DNA of 64,000 bases from Candidatus Izemoplasmatales bacterium (GCA_050949045.1 JBMNEZ010000001.1:992001-1056000), one strand, 5' to 3'; counted from the first letter of the stretch, positions 1 through 10,854 are shown. Notes: generated by a model not told the origin, from the sequence alone. Made by a program: numbers and translations.

Positions 1-54
<54 letters not shown>

Positions 55-111
55 ATCTGAATTGTTTGTTCTTTCTCAATATGTTGTCCTTTTTATTCGT
101 CTATCGTCTAT

Positions 112-132
112 CTGTTCAGTTTTCAAAGACCT
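112..132 (-). promoter_or_regulatory. rRNA leader boxA-like antitermination/processing element
   Basis: Minus strand reads GGTCTTTGAAAACTGAACAGA, typical of rrn leaders in low-GC Gram-positives. Confidence 0.7.
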
Positions 133-168
133 GTTTCCCTTGCCCTGCGATTTCTCGCGTGCCTAATC

Positions 169-197
169 ATTCTATCATACCCCTATATCAAAGTCAA
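169..197 (-). promoter_or_regulatory. sigma70-type rRNA promoter
   Basis: TTGACT-17 bp-TAGAAT with TGn extended -10, upstream of the 16S leader. Confidence 0.8.
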
Positions 198-305
198 CAA
201 TAATTTACCGTGATAATGACAAAAAAAGCAAGTTCAAAGCAATTGAAAATTCCGGTTTTTGTCATAAAAATGCCGGATCATGAAGACCCGGCCGAAAAGC
301 TTTGT

Positions 306-1865
306 CTAACTCAATCCAAACAAGCGGAGAATATCGTTATAAGTTATGAAAATGAGTAGACCCATCAGCAAAAAGAAGACGATCATGTGCAGCGCATTTT
401 CAAATTTTTGATTGGGTTTCTTCTTTGTGATCGCCTCATAAGCGATGAAAACGATCCGTCCCCCGTCAAGCGCCGGTATCGGCAAGAGATTGATGATACC
501 CAGATTGACGCTCAGGAAACCGATCCAGTTCAACAGCGTCAGGAGCCCCTGGCTGGCGGCGGTCGAAGTGATCGTGTAGATGCCGATGAAACCGGACAGG
601 TCGCTGACTCCGATCTGTTTGCTGGAGAACAACAAGCCGAGCGTCTTGTATATGGATATGGAACTGGAGGCAAAACTCGAAAGCGCCCCCTTCAGCGAGC
701 CCAACAAACTGAATTTTGACGAGCCGACGATACCGATCCTCGAGACGAACAACTCATAGCCTTGTGAAGAAAGGACATCTTCGCCATAGGCCATGAACTT
801 ATATTCACGAAGTTCTCCGTCCCGTTCGTAAACCAAGACTGTGGGATCGTCCTTGGTCGATCCGGTGACATAAGCCTTTTGAAAAGCGATCAGGTCGTTC
901 CAGTTTTCAAAGGTTTCACCATCGATCGAAATGATCCGGTCGCCCGTCCGCAGTTCGGTCTTGTCTTCATCCGCACTTGCGATGTAAATAAGCAGTTCCT
1001 CAGTGCCTGGAAGACTGGCAAAGTTCAAACTGATAAAGTAGTACTGCGGATAGATCGGATCGAGCGTGATCTCAATTTGATTCCGTTCAACGACGAAAAT
1101 AAACGGCTCGGCGTTATCGTATTTTGCGAGTTCGCTCCTGACCGAAGGCTTGTTATCATCGATAGCCCAAGAGGAGACAAGAACGCCGTTGATCGAGATG
1201 ATCTTGTCGCCGGGAAGGATGATCTCAGCTGCCGGAGAACCGGGAGAAACCTCACTGATGACGGTCGATTTGTCATCGGCGACGCCGCCGATCATGAACA
1301 TTAACAAAAACACGAAGATGGCGAGCACAAAATTCATCATCGGACCGGCAAAGGCAACCAGAAAACGTTGCCACTTGATTTTGGAGCCAAAGAGCCGGTC
1401 ATAAGGCGCAATCTGGATCACTCTCTTGTCAAAAACATAGAAAGCGTCGCGCTTGACGATATAATCGTTGATATAAAGATCATCGCCGCTTTCGCCTTTG
1501 AGATCGATCTTTTCAACTGTGATTTCGATAAAATCATCGTAAGCAGGATTGTTCGAATTGAGAACGATACGCTTGACTTGTCCGTCGGTGTCAAGCCCTA
1601 AGCGGACCTTCTGGCCGATCTTGATCAGTTCGGCCTCGACTTCCTCGCCGGCCATGGCGACAAAACCGCCAAACGGGATCGCTCTGATCGAGAATGTCGT
1701 TTCCCCTTTCTTGCGGCTCCAAAGCTTCGGCCCCATGCCAAAAGAAAACTCATGGCAGAGAATCTTAGCCTTTTTGGCGAAAACAAAGTGCCCGAGCTCA
1801 TGAATGCAGATAACGATGCTTAATACCAACAAAAACAAAAGGATGTTCAAAATAACCATTGTCAT
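306..1865 (-). CDS. rseP: RIP metalloprotease RseP (site-2 protease, PDZ domains)
   Basis: HELGH motif, NLLPIPALDGG motif, PDZ-like segments, position downstream of dxr. Confidence 0.95.
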   Translation of the reverse strand: MTMVILNILLFLLVLSIVICIHELGHFVFAKKAKILCHEFSFGMGPKLWSRKKGETTFSIRAIPFGGFVAMAGEEVEAELIKIGQKVRLGLDTDGQVKRIVLNSNNPAYDDFIEITVEKIDLKGESGDDLYINDYIVKRDAFYVFDKRVIQIAPYDRLFGSKIKWQRFLVAFAGPMMNFVLAIFVFLLMFMIGGVADDKSTVISEVSPGSPAAEIILPGDKIISINGVLVSSWAIDDNKPSVRSELAKYDNAEPFIFVVERNQIEITLDPIYPQYYFISLNFASLPGTEELLIYIASADEDKTELRTGDRIISIDGETFENWNDLIAFQKAYVTGSTKDDPTVLVYERDGELREYKFMAYGEDVLSSQGYELFVSRIGIVGSSKFSLLGSLKGALSSFASSSISIYKTLGLLFSSKQIGVSDLSGFIGIYTITSTAASQGLLTLLNWIGFLSVNLGIINLLPIPALDGGRIVFIAYEAITKKKPNQKFENALHMIVFFLLMGLLIFITYNDILRLFGLS

Positions 1866-3028
1866 TCTCCCTGATTGTCTCGATACCGACTGTAGATCGC
1901 CTGTTTGATGGTCTTATCGGTATTCAGAATGTCGTTGATTGAAGGATTATGGACCGGCAGGTGCCGATTAAGGCTCTCGGTGATGATCGACTCGATGTCG
2001 AGAAAACCGATCTTGCCTTTAAAAAACAAATCGACGGCAGCCTCATTGGCTGAATTAAGGGCGCAAAGAGCACTCCCCCCTGTTTTGATCGCTTGTTCGA
2101 CCACTTTTAATAGCGGGTAACGCTCATGGTCGAGTTCGGCGAAACTGAGTTTGCCTAACGAGGCGAGGTCGAGTCTGGGAATCGGAGTTTTTTGGCGTTC
2201 GGGGTAGAAGAGAGCATAACTGATCGGCAACCGCATATCGTGGCTCGATAGTTGCGCCTTGATCGAGCCGTCGACGAATTCGACCAATGCATGGACAAGG
2301 CTTTCCTGATGTAGGATCGTCTCGATTTTTTCCAAAGAGAGATCGAAAAGATACATGGCTTCGATAATTTCAAAACCTTTGTTCATCATCGTTGCGGAAT
2401 CGATCGTGATCTTGGCGCCCATTTCCCAGTTTGGATGTCTCAAGGCTTCTTCCTTCGTCACATGGGCAAGCTCGCTCCGCTTGTAATCGCGGAAAGCGCC
2501 GCCACTGGCGGTCAAATAAACCTTTTGAACGCTCCTTGGATCCTCGCCCTGAAGCAGTTGCCAAAGGCCGGAATGCTCGGAATCGATCGGGAACAGTTTT
2601 GTCTGTTTCTTGTTCAAAAGTTCTTTGATGATAGCCCCGCCAACAACCAGTGATTCCTTGTTCGCAAGCGCGACGTTGCGCCCGGCCTCAATCGCACGAA
2701 TCGTCGGAATCAAGCCGAGAATGCCGACCAGCGCATTGACAACCAGAGGTTCCGGAACATTAGGCCCATAGGTGGCGGCCCTGACCAAGCCCTGGTTGCC
2801 GTGCCCAACGATCAGATCGGGAAATAATCCCTGCACTCTCTCGGCATCTTTTTCGCTATCCACAGCGACGACTTTTGGCTTAAAATATTCAATTTGTTCG
2901 ATCAACAAATCGATATTGCGACCGCAGGCAAGCGAGACAACCGCAAATTTTTCAGGGTTCAGCTTGACGATTTCGAGCGTCTGCCGGCCAATCGATCCGG
3001 TCGATCCCAGCACAAAGAGATTTTTCAT
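1862..3028 (-). CDS. dxr: 1-deoxy-D-xylulose-5-phosphate reductoisomerase
   Basis: LGSTGSIG, LANKESLV, PIDSEH and MGAKITIDSATMMNKG motifs. Confidence 0.98.
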   Translation of the reverse strand: MKNLFVLGSTGSIGRQTLEIVKLNPEKFAVVSLACGRNIDLLIEQIEYFKPKVVAVDSEKDAERVQGLFPDLIVGHGNQGLVRAATYGPNVPEPLVVNALVGILGLIPTIRAIEAGRNVALANKESLVVGGAIIKELLNKKQTKLFPIDSEHSGLWQLLQGEDPRSVQKVYLTASGGAFRDYKRSELAHVTKEEALRHPNWEMGAKITIDSATMMNKGFEIIEAMYLFDLSLEKIETILHQESLVHALVEFVDGSIKAQLSSHDMRLPISYALFYPERQKTPIPRLDLASLGKLSFAELDHERYPLLKVVEQAIKTGGSALCALNSANEAAVDLFFKGKIGFLDIESIITESLNRHLPVHNPSINDILNTDKTIKQAIYSRYRDNQGE

Positions 3029-3037
3029 TCAATCCAC

Positions 3038-3859
3038 CTATACGAGAAAGACAATATCGAAGATTTCGACGATGACAACCAATCCCAGCGAAGTGAAGAC
3101 CCAGGAGTCAAACCGGTCTAAAATACCGCCGTGTCCGGGGAGAAGATTGGAGAAATCCTTGATATCGTAGTCGCGTTTGATCTTTGATTCAACCAGATCA
3201 CCGATCTGGGAAAAAACAGATAAGGACAGCGTAAGCAAGACTACGAGTGCCCAGTGCATCAAGAACAGTTTGAAGAAAATGGCGAAAACCGAGCCCAGCG
3301 CGCTCCCGATAACGAGTCCGGCGATGGCACCTTCGATCGTTTTTTTCGGGCTGATTTTTTCTGCCAGCCGGTGCTTGCCGTATTTGACGCCGATGAAATA
3401 GGCAAATGTGTCGGTGAACATCGCCGTCAGAAGCATGTAGATGATGGGGATGAGCCCGATTTCCCTGATCGAAGCCAAGGCGGCGAAAGCGACACCGACA
3501 TAAAGGCTCGTCATAAGCAAATAAACTTTGGGTTTGATCAACCCTTTTGGCAACCACAAATTGATGGTCATCAACAACAAAACCGCCAAGCCGAAATAAA
3601 CGGCAATCATAGTGCCCTCGATCACTCTTCCAAATGAGAGATAGGAAAGGACATAGATCGTCGCGGTCACCAACGGGTAAGCAACCATTAAAATGACGGA
3701 AAGATGGGTTTTCTGACGGGCAATCATCATAATCTCGATAGTCGCACCGATTGACAATAAACCGCAAAAGACCGCAAAAATATAGTAATGATCCCCGAAA
3801 ACTAAAATCGGCAGGCATACTGCCGCCATCACGAGCGCCGTGATTATCCGTTGTCTCAT
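3038..3859 (-). CDS. cdsA: phosphatidate cytidylyltransferase
   Basis: SPKKTIEG and KDFSNLLPGHGGILDRFDS motifs, multiple TM segments. Confidence 0.97.
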   Translation of the reverse strand: MRQRIITALVMAAVCLPILVFGDHYYIFAVFCGLLSIGATIEIMMIARQKTHLSVILMVAYPLVTATIYVLSYLSFGRVIEGTMIAVYFGLAVLLLMTINLWLPKGLIKPKVYLLMTSLYVGVAFAALASIREIGLIPIIYMLLTAMFTDTFAYFIGVKYGKHRLAEKISPKKTIEGAIAGLVIGSALGSVFAIFFKLFLMHWALVVLLTLSLSVFSQIGDLVESKIKRDYDIKDFSNLLPGHGGILDRFDSWVFTSLGLVVIVEIFDIVFLV

Positions 3860-3863
3860 GTCT

Positions 3864-4598
3864 TTACCTCTTCAAGCCGCCGTAACGGCGGTCCCGTTTC
3901 GAAAAGGCGATGATCGCCTTGAAAAGATCTCTTTCCGAGAAACTCGGCCAGTAGGTTTTGGTGAAGTAGAGTTCGCTGTAGGCAGCTTGCCAAAGCAAAA
4001 AATTGCTGAGGCGGATCTCGCCGCTCGTCCTGATCAACAGATCAAGCGGCGGCAAGTCTTTCGTATACAACCGTGAATCGATGAGGGCCTCGGAGATATT
4101 CTCGGTCTCGATTATTCCTTTCTTGACATCGATGGCAATGGATTTAAACGCCTGCAGGAGTTCCTCTTTCGAACCGTAGTCGAAACAGATATTGAGAACC
4201 ATGCCTTTGCGGTCTTGTGATTCCCTGATCATCCGTTCAAGGATCTCGATATTTTTGGCGGAAAGTTTGGTTTTTCTTCCCGAAAAAACGACTTTGATGT
4301 CGTTATCGGCAAATTCGTCGCCGAATTTGGCTTCAAACTGTTCCGGCATCGTCATCAGGAAGTCGACTTCATCCTGAGGACGGGACCAGTTCTCGGTTGA
4401 GAAAGCGAAGATGCTCAAAGCCTTGATGCCGAACTTTGCGGCGCTGATAGCGATTCTTCTGATGTTTTCAATGCCGGCCTTATGCCCGGCTGTCCGTGGC
4501 AACCCACGCCGTTGCGCCCAGCGGCCGTTGCCATCGAGAATGATGGCAACGTGCTTGGGTACCAAAGTAATCCGTTCTTTACGAAAAAGCCCCATCAA
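3864..4598 (-). CDS. uppS: cis-prenyltransferase (undecaprenyl diphosphate synthase family)
   Basis: HVAIILDGNGRWA, FSTENWSRP and RTSGEIRLSNFLLWQ motifs. Confidence 0.97.
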   Translation of the reverse strand: MMGLFRKERITLVPKHVAIILDGNGRWAQRRGLPRTAGHKAGIENIRRIAISAAKFGIKALSIFAFSTENWSRPQDEVDFLMTMPEQFEAKFGDEFADNDIKVVFSGRKTKLSAKNIEILERMIRESQDRKGMVLNICFDYGSKEELLQAFKSIAIDVKKGIIETENISEALIDSRLYTKDLPPLDLLIRTSGEIRLSNFLLWQAAYSELYFTKTYWPSFSERDLFKAIIAFSKRDRRYGGLKR

Positions 4599-4707
4599 TC
4601 ATCGCTCCTATCAGGACAATTATACACTATTTGCCTGAAAATACATAATGATATTGTCCGAGTGAAACGAGGCATGCCAAAAAAAAATAAGACTATCTCT
4701 AGTCTTA

Positions 4708-5265
4708 TCAGATACTCATTATGTCTTTCTCTTTTTCCTTAAAGATGTCGTCAATCTTCTCAATGAATTTGTCTGTCAGTTTTTGCGCCTCCTCCTGATA
4801 GAAACGGAGGTCGTCCTCGGTAATCGCCTTGTCCTTTTCGAGTTTCTTGAAATCGGCGATCAGATCGCGGCGGACATTGCGAATCGCGACTTTGGCATCT
4901 TCAGACATCCGGCGGACAACCTTGACGGCTTCGCGACGGTTTTCTTCGGTAAGAGGCGGCAGAAAAATGCGGATACCGGTTCCGTCATTGGTGGGGGTGA
5001 CCCCGAGATTTGCCGCAAAAATCGCTCGTTCGATCTTTGAAAGCAACGATTTGTCGTAGGGTTTGATGAAGATTTGTGTCGCCTCGGGAATTTGGATCGA
5101 AGCGATCTGATTCAAAGGACTCATGACTCCGTAGTAATCGACGTTGACCCGCTCAAGCATCTTGGGGTTCGCCCGTCCGCTCCGGACGGTCGAAAACTCC
5201 CGCTGCAGGGCGACTAGGGTCTGTTCCATGCGTTCTTCGCCGTTGATGAGAATTGTCTCTGGCAT
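4708..5265 (-). CDS. frr: ribosome recycling factor
   Basis: RSGRANP and AIRNVRRD motifs. Start placed at the ATG 8 nt after AAGGAG. Confidence 0.97.
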   Translation of the reverse strand: MPETILINGEERMEQTLVALQREFSTVRSGRANPKMLERVNVDYYGVMSPLNQIASIQIPEATQIFIKPYDKSLLSKIERAIFAANLGVTPTNDGTGIRIFLPPLTEENRREAVKVVRRMSEDAKVAIRNVRRDLIADFKKLEKDKAITEDDLRFYQEEAQKLTDKFIEKIDDIFKEKEKDIMSI

Positions 5266-5270
5266 GACCA

Positions 5271-5993
5271 TCACTCCTTATTATTGTTTATCATCGTGCC
5301 GATGTCCTCGCCCATGATCGCCCGCTTGATGTTTCCACTCACATTCATATCAAAAACATAGATGGCGATATTGTTGTCGCGGCAGAGGGCGGCGGCAGTC
5401 GAATCCATAACCTGAAGCTGCTTTTGCAGGACTTCTTGATGAGTAAGCGTGTGAAATCTCCGGGAATCGCTATGGACTTTGGGATCCTTGTCATAGACGC
5501 CATCGATCCCGTTTTTGGCCATATAGATGATGCTGGCCCCGAGTTCGGCTGCGCGAAGAGCCGCCGTCGTGTCGGTTGAGAAATAGGGATTGCCGGTGCC
5601 GCCTCCGAAGATGACGAGATAGTTTTTTCCCAGATGACTGATCGCTTTTCTCCTGATATAGGGTTCGGCAACCTCCGGTATGTTCAAACTTGTCATTACT
5701 CTGGTCGGCACACCGATCGCTTCCAGCGAGTTCTGCAAGGCTAAGGCATTTAGAATCGTCCCGATCATGCCCATATAGTCGGCGCTAGAGCGCTCGATGC
5801 CCATCTCATCGCCGAGACGACCTCTGAAAATGTTCCCGCCGCCGACAACGATGCCAATCTCGCAAAGGTTCAAAAGATAGGCTTCCTTGATCTCCAAAGC
5901 GACCTTCTTGACAACTTTGGGATCGATGCCGATGCCGCTTTTGCCGGAAAGCGCCTCACCGCTGAGTTTGATCATCACACGTCTTTTGGACAT
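5271..5993 (-). CDS. pyrH: UMP kinase
   Basis: KLSGEAL, GGGNIFRG and GNPYFSTDT motifs. Confidence 0.98.
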   Translation of the reverse strand: MSKRRVMIKLSGEALSGKSGIGIDPKVVKKVALEIKEAYLLNLCEIGIVVGGGNIFRGRLGDEMGIERSSADYMGMIGTILNALALQNSLEAIGVPTRVMTSLNIPEVAEPYIRRKAISHLGKNYLVIFGGGTGNPYFSTDTTAALRAAELGASIIYMAKNGIDGVYDKDPKVHSDSRRFHTLTHQEVLQKQLQVMDSTAAALCRDNNIAIYVFDMNVSGNIKRAIMGEDIGTMINNNKE

Positions 5994-6036
5994 AGAAATC
6001 CTCCTTAATTATGAATCAAGGACACAAAAGTGTCCT

Positions 6037-6930
6037 CTATTGTCTGGTTTGCGACATGACTTCGTCAACGAAATTCTCCTCTTTTTTCTCGATGCCCTCA
6101 CCAACAGCCATCCGTTGAAACATGGTGATTTCGGCGCCTTTAGCTTTAACGTATTCACCGACTTGTTGGTCGGGATTCTTGATGAAAGGTTGATTGACGA
6201 GGCAAATATCTTTGAGATTTTTCTGGAGCCTTCCTTCGACCATTTTGGCGATGATGGCTTCGGGTTTCGGTTTCGGTGATTCCTTGTTTTCGTTCAAGGC
6301 TTCCTTGGTCAAAATCTCTCGCTCCTTGGCGATGAAATCGAGCGAGATGTCGGCCGAGGTCAAATATTGGGGGCTACTTGCGGCGACTTGCATGGCGACG
6401 TCTTTGGCAGTTTCATAATCACCGTTCTTGACTACTGACAGCGAGGCAATTTTGCCACCCATATGGATATAACTTCCAAAAGTTTCGGATGGTTTTTTCT
6501 TTGTCACCGACATACGGCGTAAATTGATATTCTCGCCGATGTTGGAAACAGCTTCAAGGATGATGGTTTCGATCGTTTTTCCTTCGATTTCCAATTCAAG
6601 CGCTTTTTCGACGCTAGAAGCGTCGCTGTCAAGAATCCTCTTTCCGATCTTATCGACCAAAGCGGTGAACTTTTCGTTTTTAGCGACAAAGTCGGTCTCA
6701 CAGTTCAGTTCGAACATGAGGGCTTTGTCACCCGAGATCTTGATGTCGCAGACGCCTTCGGCGGCGATTCGCGAAGCTTTCTTTTGGGCTTTCGCAATTC
6801 CTTTTTCCCGCAGCCAATCAATGGCCTGGTCGATATTTCCGTCCACGGCGACAAGGGCTTTTTTGCAGTCCATCATGCCGGCGCCGGTTTTATCGCGCAA
6901 CTCTTTTACCAATGCAGCTGTAATATTCAT
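6037..6930 (-). CDS. tsf: elongation factor Ts
   Basis: VKELRDKTGAGMMDCKKAL and ELNCETDFVA motifs. ATG at 6930 follows GAGGAGG. Confidence 0.98.
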   Translation of the reverse strand: MNITAALVKELRDKTGAGMMDCKKALVAVDGNIDQAIDWLREKGIAKAQKKASRIAAEGVCDIKISGDKALMFELNCETDFVAKNEKFTALVDKIGKRILDSDASSVEKALELEIEGKTIETIILEAVSNIGENINLRRMSVTKKKPSETFGSYIHMGGKIASLSVVKNGDYETAKDVAMQVAASSPQYLTSADISLDFIAKEREILTKEALNENKESPKPKPEAIIAKMVEGRLQKNLKDICLVNQPFIKNPDQQVGEYVKAKGAEITMFQRMAVGEGIEKKEENFVDEVMSQTRQ

Positions 6931-7007
6931 AGCAATCCTCCTCATAAAGGTCATTAATTATATTATCATAAGTCATTTTTCAAATCAATTCATTTTCCGG
7001 ACTTCTC

Positions 7008-7036
7008 AAAAAGGGAGCAATCTTCGCTCCCTTTCG
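7008..7036 (-). terminator. intrinsic terminator after rpsB
   Basis: AAAGGGAGC / GCTCCCTTT hairpin followed by a T-run on the minus strand. Confidence 0.7.
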
Positions 7037-7038
7037 GT

Positions 7039-8163
7039 TTATTTCTTTGCCTTGATGATTTCTTCGATCAAACCGGCCTTCTTGAAGGTCGTATATCCGA
7101 CAACACCAAGATCCTTGGCGATCTGCCTGAGAACAGGCACCGTCAATTCTTCATAGTCTTCAACGGTCACGGGCTCCTTTAAAACTTTCTGAGCCTTCGG
7201 TTTCTTAGTTTCGGTTTCTGCTGGAACCACCGCTTCGACCTTTTCAACTTGGTCCTCATCGACGACGAGTTTGACGATCTTGGTGGCGGGTTTGGGTTTC
7301 CGTTTCTGGCCCTCAGGAGCAGCATCCTTTATTTCTTCTTCGGTTGCCTCTTTCTCTTTGGCCTTCGGCTTCACTTCAACCTTGATCGATTTTACCTTCG
7401 GAGTTTCACCCAGAGCTTCCTCATCTTCGAAGGCCTCGATATCAAGTTCGGTGTCTTCGCTTTCGGCATCGCTCTCGACAACGCCGCCGCTGGCTTCGAT
7501 AATGGCGTCACCCATCTTGCCAACGATCAGTTTGATCGATCTGAGGGCATCGTCATTGGCGGGGATGATATAGTCGACCTCATCGGGGTCGCAGTTCGTA
7601 TCGATAATACCAAACACGGGGATCCCGAGTTTTCGGGCCTCTAGGATGGCATTTCTTTCTTTGCGGGGATCGACGATGAAGAGGGCTTGTGGCAACGACT
7701 TCATCTCTTTGATGCCGCCTAAGAATTTTTCGAGGCGGTCCATCTCTTTTCTGAGATTGATGACTTCCTTCTTCGGCAGCACGGCGAAGATGCCGTCTTC
7801 TTCCATTTTGTGAAGGTCATGCAGTTTCTTGATCGAGCGCTTGATCGTCTTGAAGTTGGTCAGGGTGCCGCCAAGCCAACGCTTGTTGACGTAGTACTGT
7901 CCGGTCCTGATCGCTTCTTCTCTGACGGGATCTTGGGACTGCTTCTTCGTTCCTACAAAGAGGACGTGTCCGCCTTGCTCGACAATGTCGAACAAAGCTT
8001 GGTAGGCGATGTCGATGCACTCGCTCGTTTTTTGCAGGTCGATGATATGGATACCGTTTCTTGACGTGTAGATATACTTCGCCATCTTGGGGTTCCATCT
8101 ACGCGTTTGGTGTCCGAAATGCACGCCTGCCTCAAGCAGGGCTTTCATGGGAATGACGCTCAT
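7039..8163 (-). CDS. rpsB: 30S ribosomal protein S2 with long charged C-terminal extension
   Basis: [19 protein letters not shown] and IPANDDA motifs. ATG at 8163 follows AGGAGG. Roughly 140 extra C-terminal residues. Confidence 0.97.
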   Translation of the reverse strand: MSVIPMKALLEAGVHFGHQTRRWNPKMAKYIYTSRNGIHIIDLQKTSECIDIAYQALFDIVEQGGHVLFVGTKKQSQDPVREEAIRTGQYYVNKRWLGGTLTNFKTIKRSIKKLHDLHKMEEDGIFAVLPKKEVINLRKEMDRLEKFLGGIKEMKSLPQALFIVDPRKERNAILEARKLGIPVFGIIDTNCDPDEVDYIIPANDDALRSIKLIVGKMGDAIIEASGGVVESDAESEDTELDIEAFEDEEALGETPKVKSIKVEVKPKAKEKEATEEEIKDAAPEGQKRKPKPATKIVKLVVDEDQVEKVEAVVPAETETKKPKAQKVLKEPVTVEDYEELTVPVLRQIAKDLGVVGYTTFKKAGLIEEIIKAKK

Positions 8164-8192
8164 TTGTTTTTGAATCCTCCTATTTGATTTTA

Positions 8193-8258
8193 CCTCCATC
8201 GCTTTAGGCGCTATTGCCGCCGCTTGGCTCCAGGCAAATTGCTAGGCGATGTGTGTAT
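8193..8258 (-). ncRNA. rpsB 5' leader RNA (t44/S2-leader-like)
   Basis: Minus strand ACACACATCGC...GCGATGGAGG closing stem resembles the CACAC...GGAGG frame of rpsB leaders. It lies between the promoter and the rpsB RBS. Confidence 0.7.
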
Positions 8259-8273
8259 TTTTACAGCGATATC

Positions 8274-8302
8274 ATTCTATCAAATTGTAGCCGGGAAAGC
8301 AA
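8274..8302 (-). promoter_or_regulatory. rpsB promoter
   Basis: TTGCTT-17 bp-TAGAAT with TGn extension. Confidence 0.7.
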
Positions 8303-8323
8303 GCAAAACTTAATGGGTTCCTC

Positions 8324-8356
8324 AAAAAAAAACAAAACCACGGCTACCGTGGTCTT
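8324..8356 (-). terminator. probable terminator after dut
   Basis: ACCACGG / CCGTGGT hairpin followed by T-tracts on the minus strand. Confidence 0.6.
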
Positions 8357-8802
8357 CAATTGGTGCTGCCGATGCCGCCGGTGCGCGTGGCGCCGGGATT
8401 TTCCTCGTTTCCCGCCAGGAGAAACTTGGTGAAAACGGCCTGAACTAGGCGTTCGCCTTTCTTTATTTCCGTAGGCAAATCACCCAAATTGTACAAGAGG
8501 ATGCGGATGTGTCCCTCGTTGTCGGGATTGTTGTAATAGTCGGCGTCAATGATGCCGACGCTGTTGGTCATGATCAGTTTTTTCTTACTGAAGAGCGAAC
8601 TCCTCGGCGTGATAATCAAGACTTCGTCCTTCGCCATGAACGCCTTGATCCCGGTGGGAATAACCGCGGGGTTCTTGGGTGGGATCACCGCGGACATCGC
8701 CGCTTCCAAATCGTAGCCGGCGCTATTGATCGTCGAGCGTTTGGGTAAGCGGATTCCTTCTTTTTGATAGGCCGAGACAATCTCGAAACCACGAACCGCC
8801 AT
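8356..8802 (-). CDS. dut: dUTP diphosphatase (trimeric)
   Basis: SAGYDL, PRSSL, GIIDADYY and RTGGIGST motifs. Confidence 0.96.
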   Translation of the reverse strand: MAVRGFEIVSAYQKEGIRLPKRSTINSAGYDLEAAMSAVIPPKNPAVIPTGIKAFMAKDEVLIITPRSSLFSKKKLIMTNSVGIIDADYYNNPDNEGHIRILLYNLGDLPTEIKKGERLVQAVFTKFLLAGNEENPGATRTGGIGSTN

Positions 8803-8842
8803 CAGTTTTCACCTCTTTATGGAACTTTTAGAATGTTTGCGA

Positions 8843-9475
8843 CTACTGCGCTTTTTTGGCCATGATGATCTCCTTGGATTTCATCAGCCGCGTGATGTTG
8901 CCACGTTCGTTGTCTTCTAGTTTATTAGTGATTCTTTTGATCGTATCCTCGATGTCGGGAATCATGATGAACTCGATGGCATTGACCCGACGTCTTGTCT
9001 TCTCAATTTCCCGAGCGAGCATCTCGCAGGTCTTTTCGATAACTGAAAGGTCGATCAATCGATGCAGGATGCCCGATAATCCGATCACGGCTCCGTCGAG
9101 GTCGGACGGTGTGAAGGCGAAACTGTACGTCAGGTCGATCGAAGTGGATTCTTGATAGGAAAGCGTCGGGGTCTTGATGTTCATGATCAAATCAGAGCCT
9201 GTCTCAAGCGTCAATTCCCGGGAGGGAACCATTAACGCCTCCAAAAGACCGGCGCGGGACAGTTGGAGTTTGGCGCTATCGAATTGTGCCATGATTTTGG
9301 CCAAGGCCTTTTCAACATCCAACCGCAAAGACCGGTTCTCTTTGATGAGTTCCATGAACCGGCGGATCATTTCATCTTGCTTGTCTTTCAATAATTTGTG
9401 GCCGCGTTTGGCGACCGCCAGCCGTTTTTTCAGCCGGTAGAGCTCCATCCTTGTGGGATTTATGGTTTGGGCCAT
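8843..9475 (-). CDS. ntpD: V/A-type ATPase subunit D
   Basis: NPTRMEL, RGHKLLKDKQDE and KTRRRVNAIE motifs. Confidence 0.95.
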   Translation of the reverse strand: MAQTINPTRMELYRLKKRLAVAKRGHKLLKDKQDEMIRRFMELIKENRSLRLDVEKALAKIMAQFDSAKLQLSRAGLLEALMVPSRELTLETGSDLIMNIKTPTLSYQESTSIDLTYSFAFTPSDLDGAVIGLSGILHRLIDLSVIEKTCEMLAREIEKTRRRVNAIEFIMIPDIEDTIKRITNKLEDNERGNITRLMKSKEIIMAKKAQ

Positions 9476-9477
9476 GC

Positions 9478-10854
9478 TCAATCTTCCTCAGGCAGGTATT
9501 TGGCGATGTTTTCCAGGCTGATCCGTTTGAGCTCGGTCTTTGGCAAAATCGTGAGCAGTTTCCAACCGATGGTGAGGGTTTTTTCAATCGGACGGTTTTC
9601 ATAATTGCCTTGTTTGACATAACGCTCTTCAAATTCATTGGCAAACTTGGCGTAAAGTTTGTCGACATTCGACAAGGCGGCTTCTCCCAAAATCGTGGAT
9701 AACTCTTTTGCTTCCTTGCCGCGGGCATAGGCCGCAAACAATTGATTCATCGTTTCCGAGTGGTCTTCTCTGGTCTTACCTTCACCGATGCCCTTGTCTT
9801 TCAGCCGGGAAAGCGAAGGCAAGACGTCGATCGGCGGATAGATGCCTTTGAGATTCAAATCCCGCGACAAGATGATCTGCCCTTCGGTGATATAACCGGT
9901 TAGGTCGGGAATCGGATGCGTCTTGTCGTCTTCGGGCATGGTCAAAATCGGAATCTGCGTAATTGAGCCGTTTTTGCCTTTAATCCGGCCGGCGCGCTCG
10001 AGAAGCGAGGCCAGGTCGGTATACATATAACCAGGATATCCACGGCGGCCCGGCACTTCCTTCCTGGCGGCGGACACCTCGCGGAGAGTTTCCGCATAGT
10101 TGGTGATATCGGTCAGAATGACAAGCACGTGCATATTGAGCTCATATGCCAAATACTCGGCGCAAGTGATCGCCATCCGCGGGGTGGCGATCCGTTCAAT
10201 GGCGGGGTCGGCCGCCAAGTTCATGAACAAGACGGAGCGTTCGATGGCTCCGGAGCGTTGGAAATCCTCGATGAAGTAGTTCGCTTCCTCGAATGTGATG
10301 CCGATCGCAGCGAAAACGACAGCGAACGGTTCGGAGCGGTCCTTGACCTGTGCTTGCCTGGCGATCTGCGCCGCCAATTTGGCGTGCGGCAGTCCCGAAC
10401 CGGAAAAAATCGGCAGTTTCTGTCCGCGAACCAATGTGTTCAAGCCATCGATGGCGCTGATGCCGGTTTCGATGAATTCGGATGGATAGTCCCGAGCGAC
10501 CGGATTTAGCGGTGTACCGTTGATGTCCGCCATCTTTGTTGGGATAATCTCGCCGGCGCCGTCGATCGGACGCCCCATGCCGTCAAAGACCCTGCCAACG
10601 ATTTCCGGGGCGAGTTTCAGTTCGATTCCTCGGCCTAGAAACATGGCTTTCGCATCACTGATCTTCAAGCCATGAGACGGATTGAACAGTTGGACCAGGG
10701 CTCTGTCATTGTCGACTTCCAGGACCTTGCCGATCCGCTCTTCACCAGAGGCTTGGCGAATGCGGACCAATTCGTCGTACTTGACCCCTTCTACTTGATC
10801 GACAAGCATAAGCGGCCCAACAACTTCGCAAATGGTCTTATACTCTTTAGGCAT
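9478..10854 (-). CDS. ntpB: V/A-type ATPase subunit B
   Basis: [28 protein letters not shown] and [15 protein letters not shown] motifs. Confidence 0.97.
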   Translation of the reverse strand: MPKEYKTICEVVGPLMLVDQVEGVKYDELVRIRQASGEERIGKVLEVDNDRALVQLFNPSHGLKISDAKAMFLGRGIELKLAPEIVGRVFDGMGRPIDGAGEIIPTKMADINGTPLNPVARDYPSEFIETGISAIDGLNTLVRGQKLPIFSGSGLPHAKLAAQIARQAQVKDRSEPFAVVFAAIGITFEEANYFIEDFQRSGAIERSVLFMNLAADPAIERIATPRMAITCAEYLAYELNMHVLVILTDITNYAETLREVSAARKEVPGRRGYPGYMYTDLASLLERAGRIKGKNGSITQIPILTMPEDDKTHPIPDLTGYITEGQIILSRDLNLKGIYPPIDVLPSLSRLKDKGIGEGKTREDHSETMNQLFAAYARGKEAKELSTILGEAALSNVDKLYAKFANEFEERYVKQGNYENRPIEKTLTIGWKLLTILPKTELKRISLENIAKYLPEED

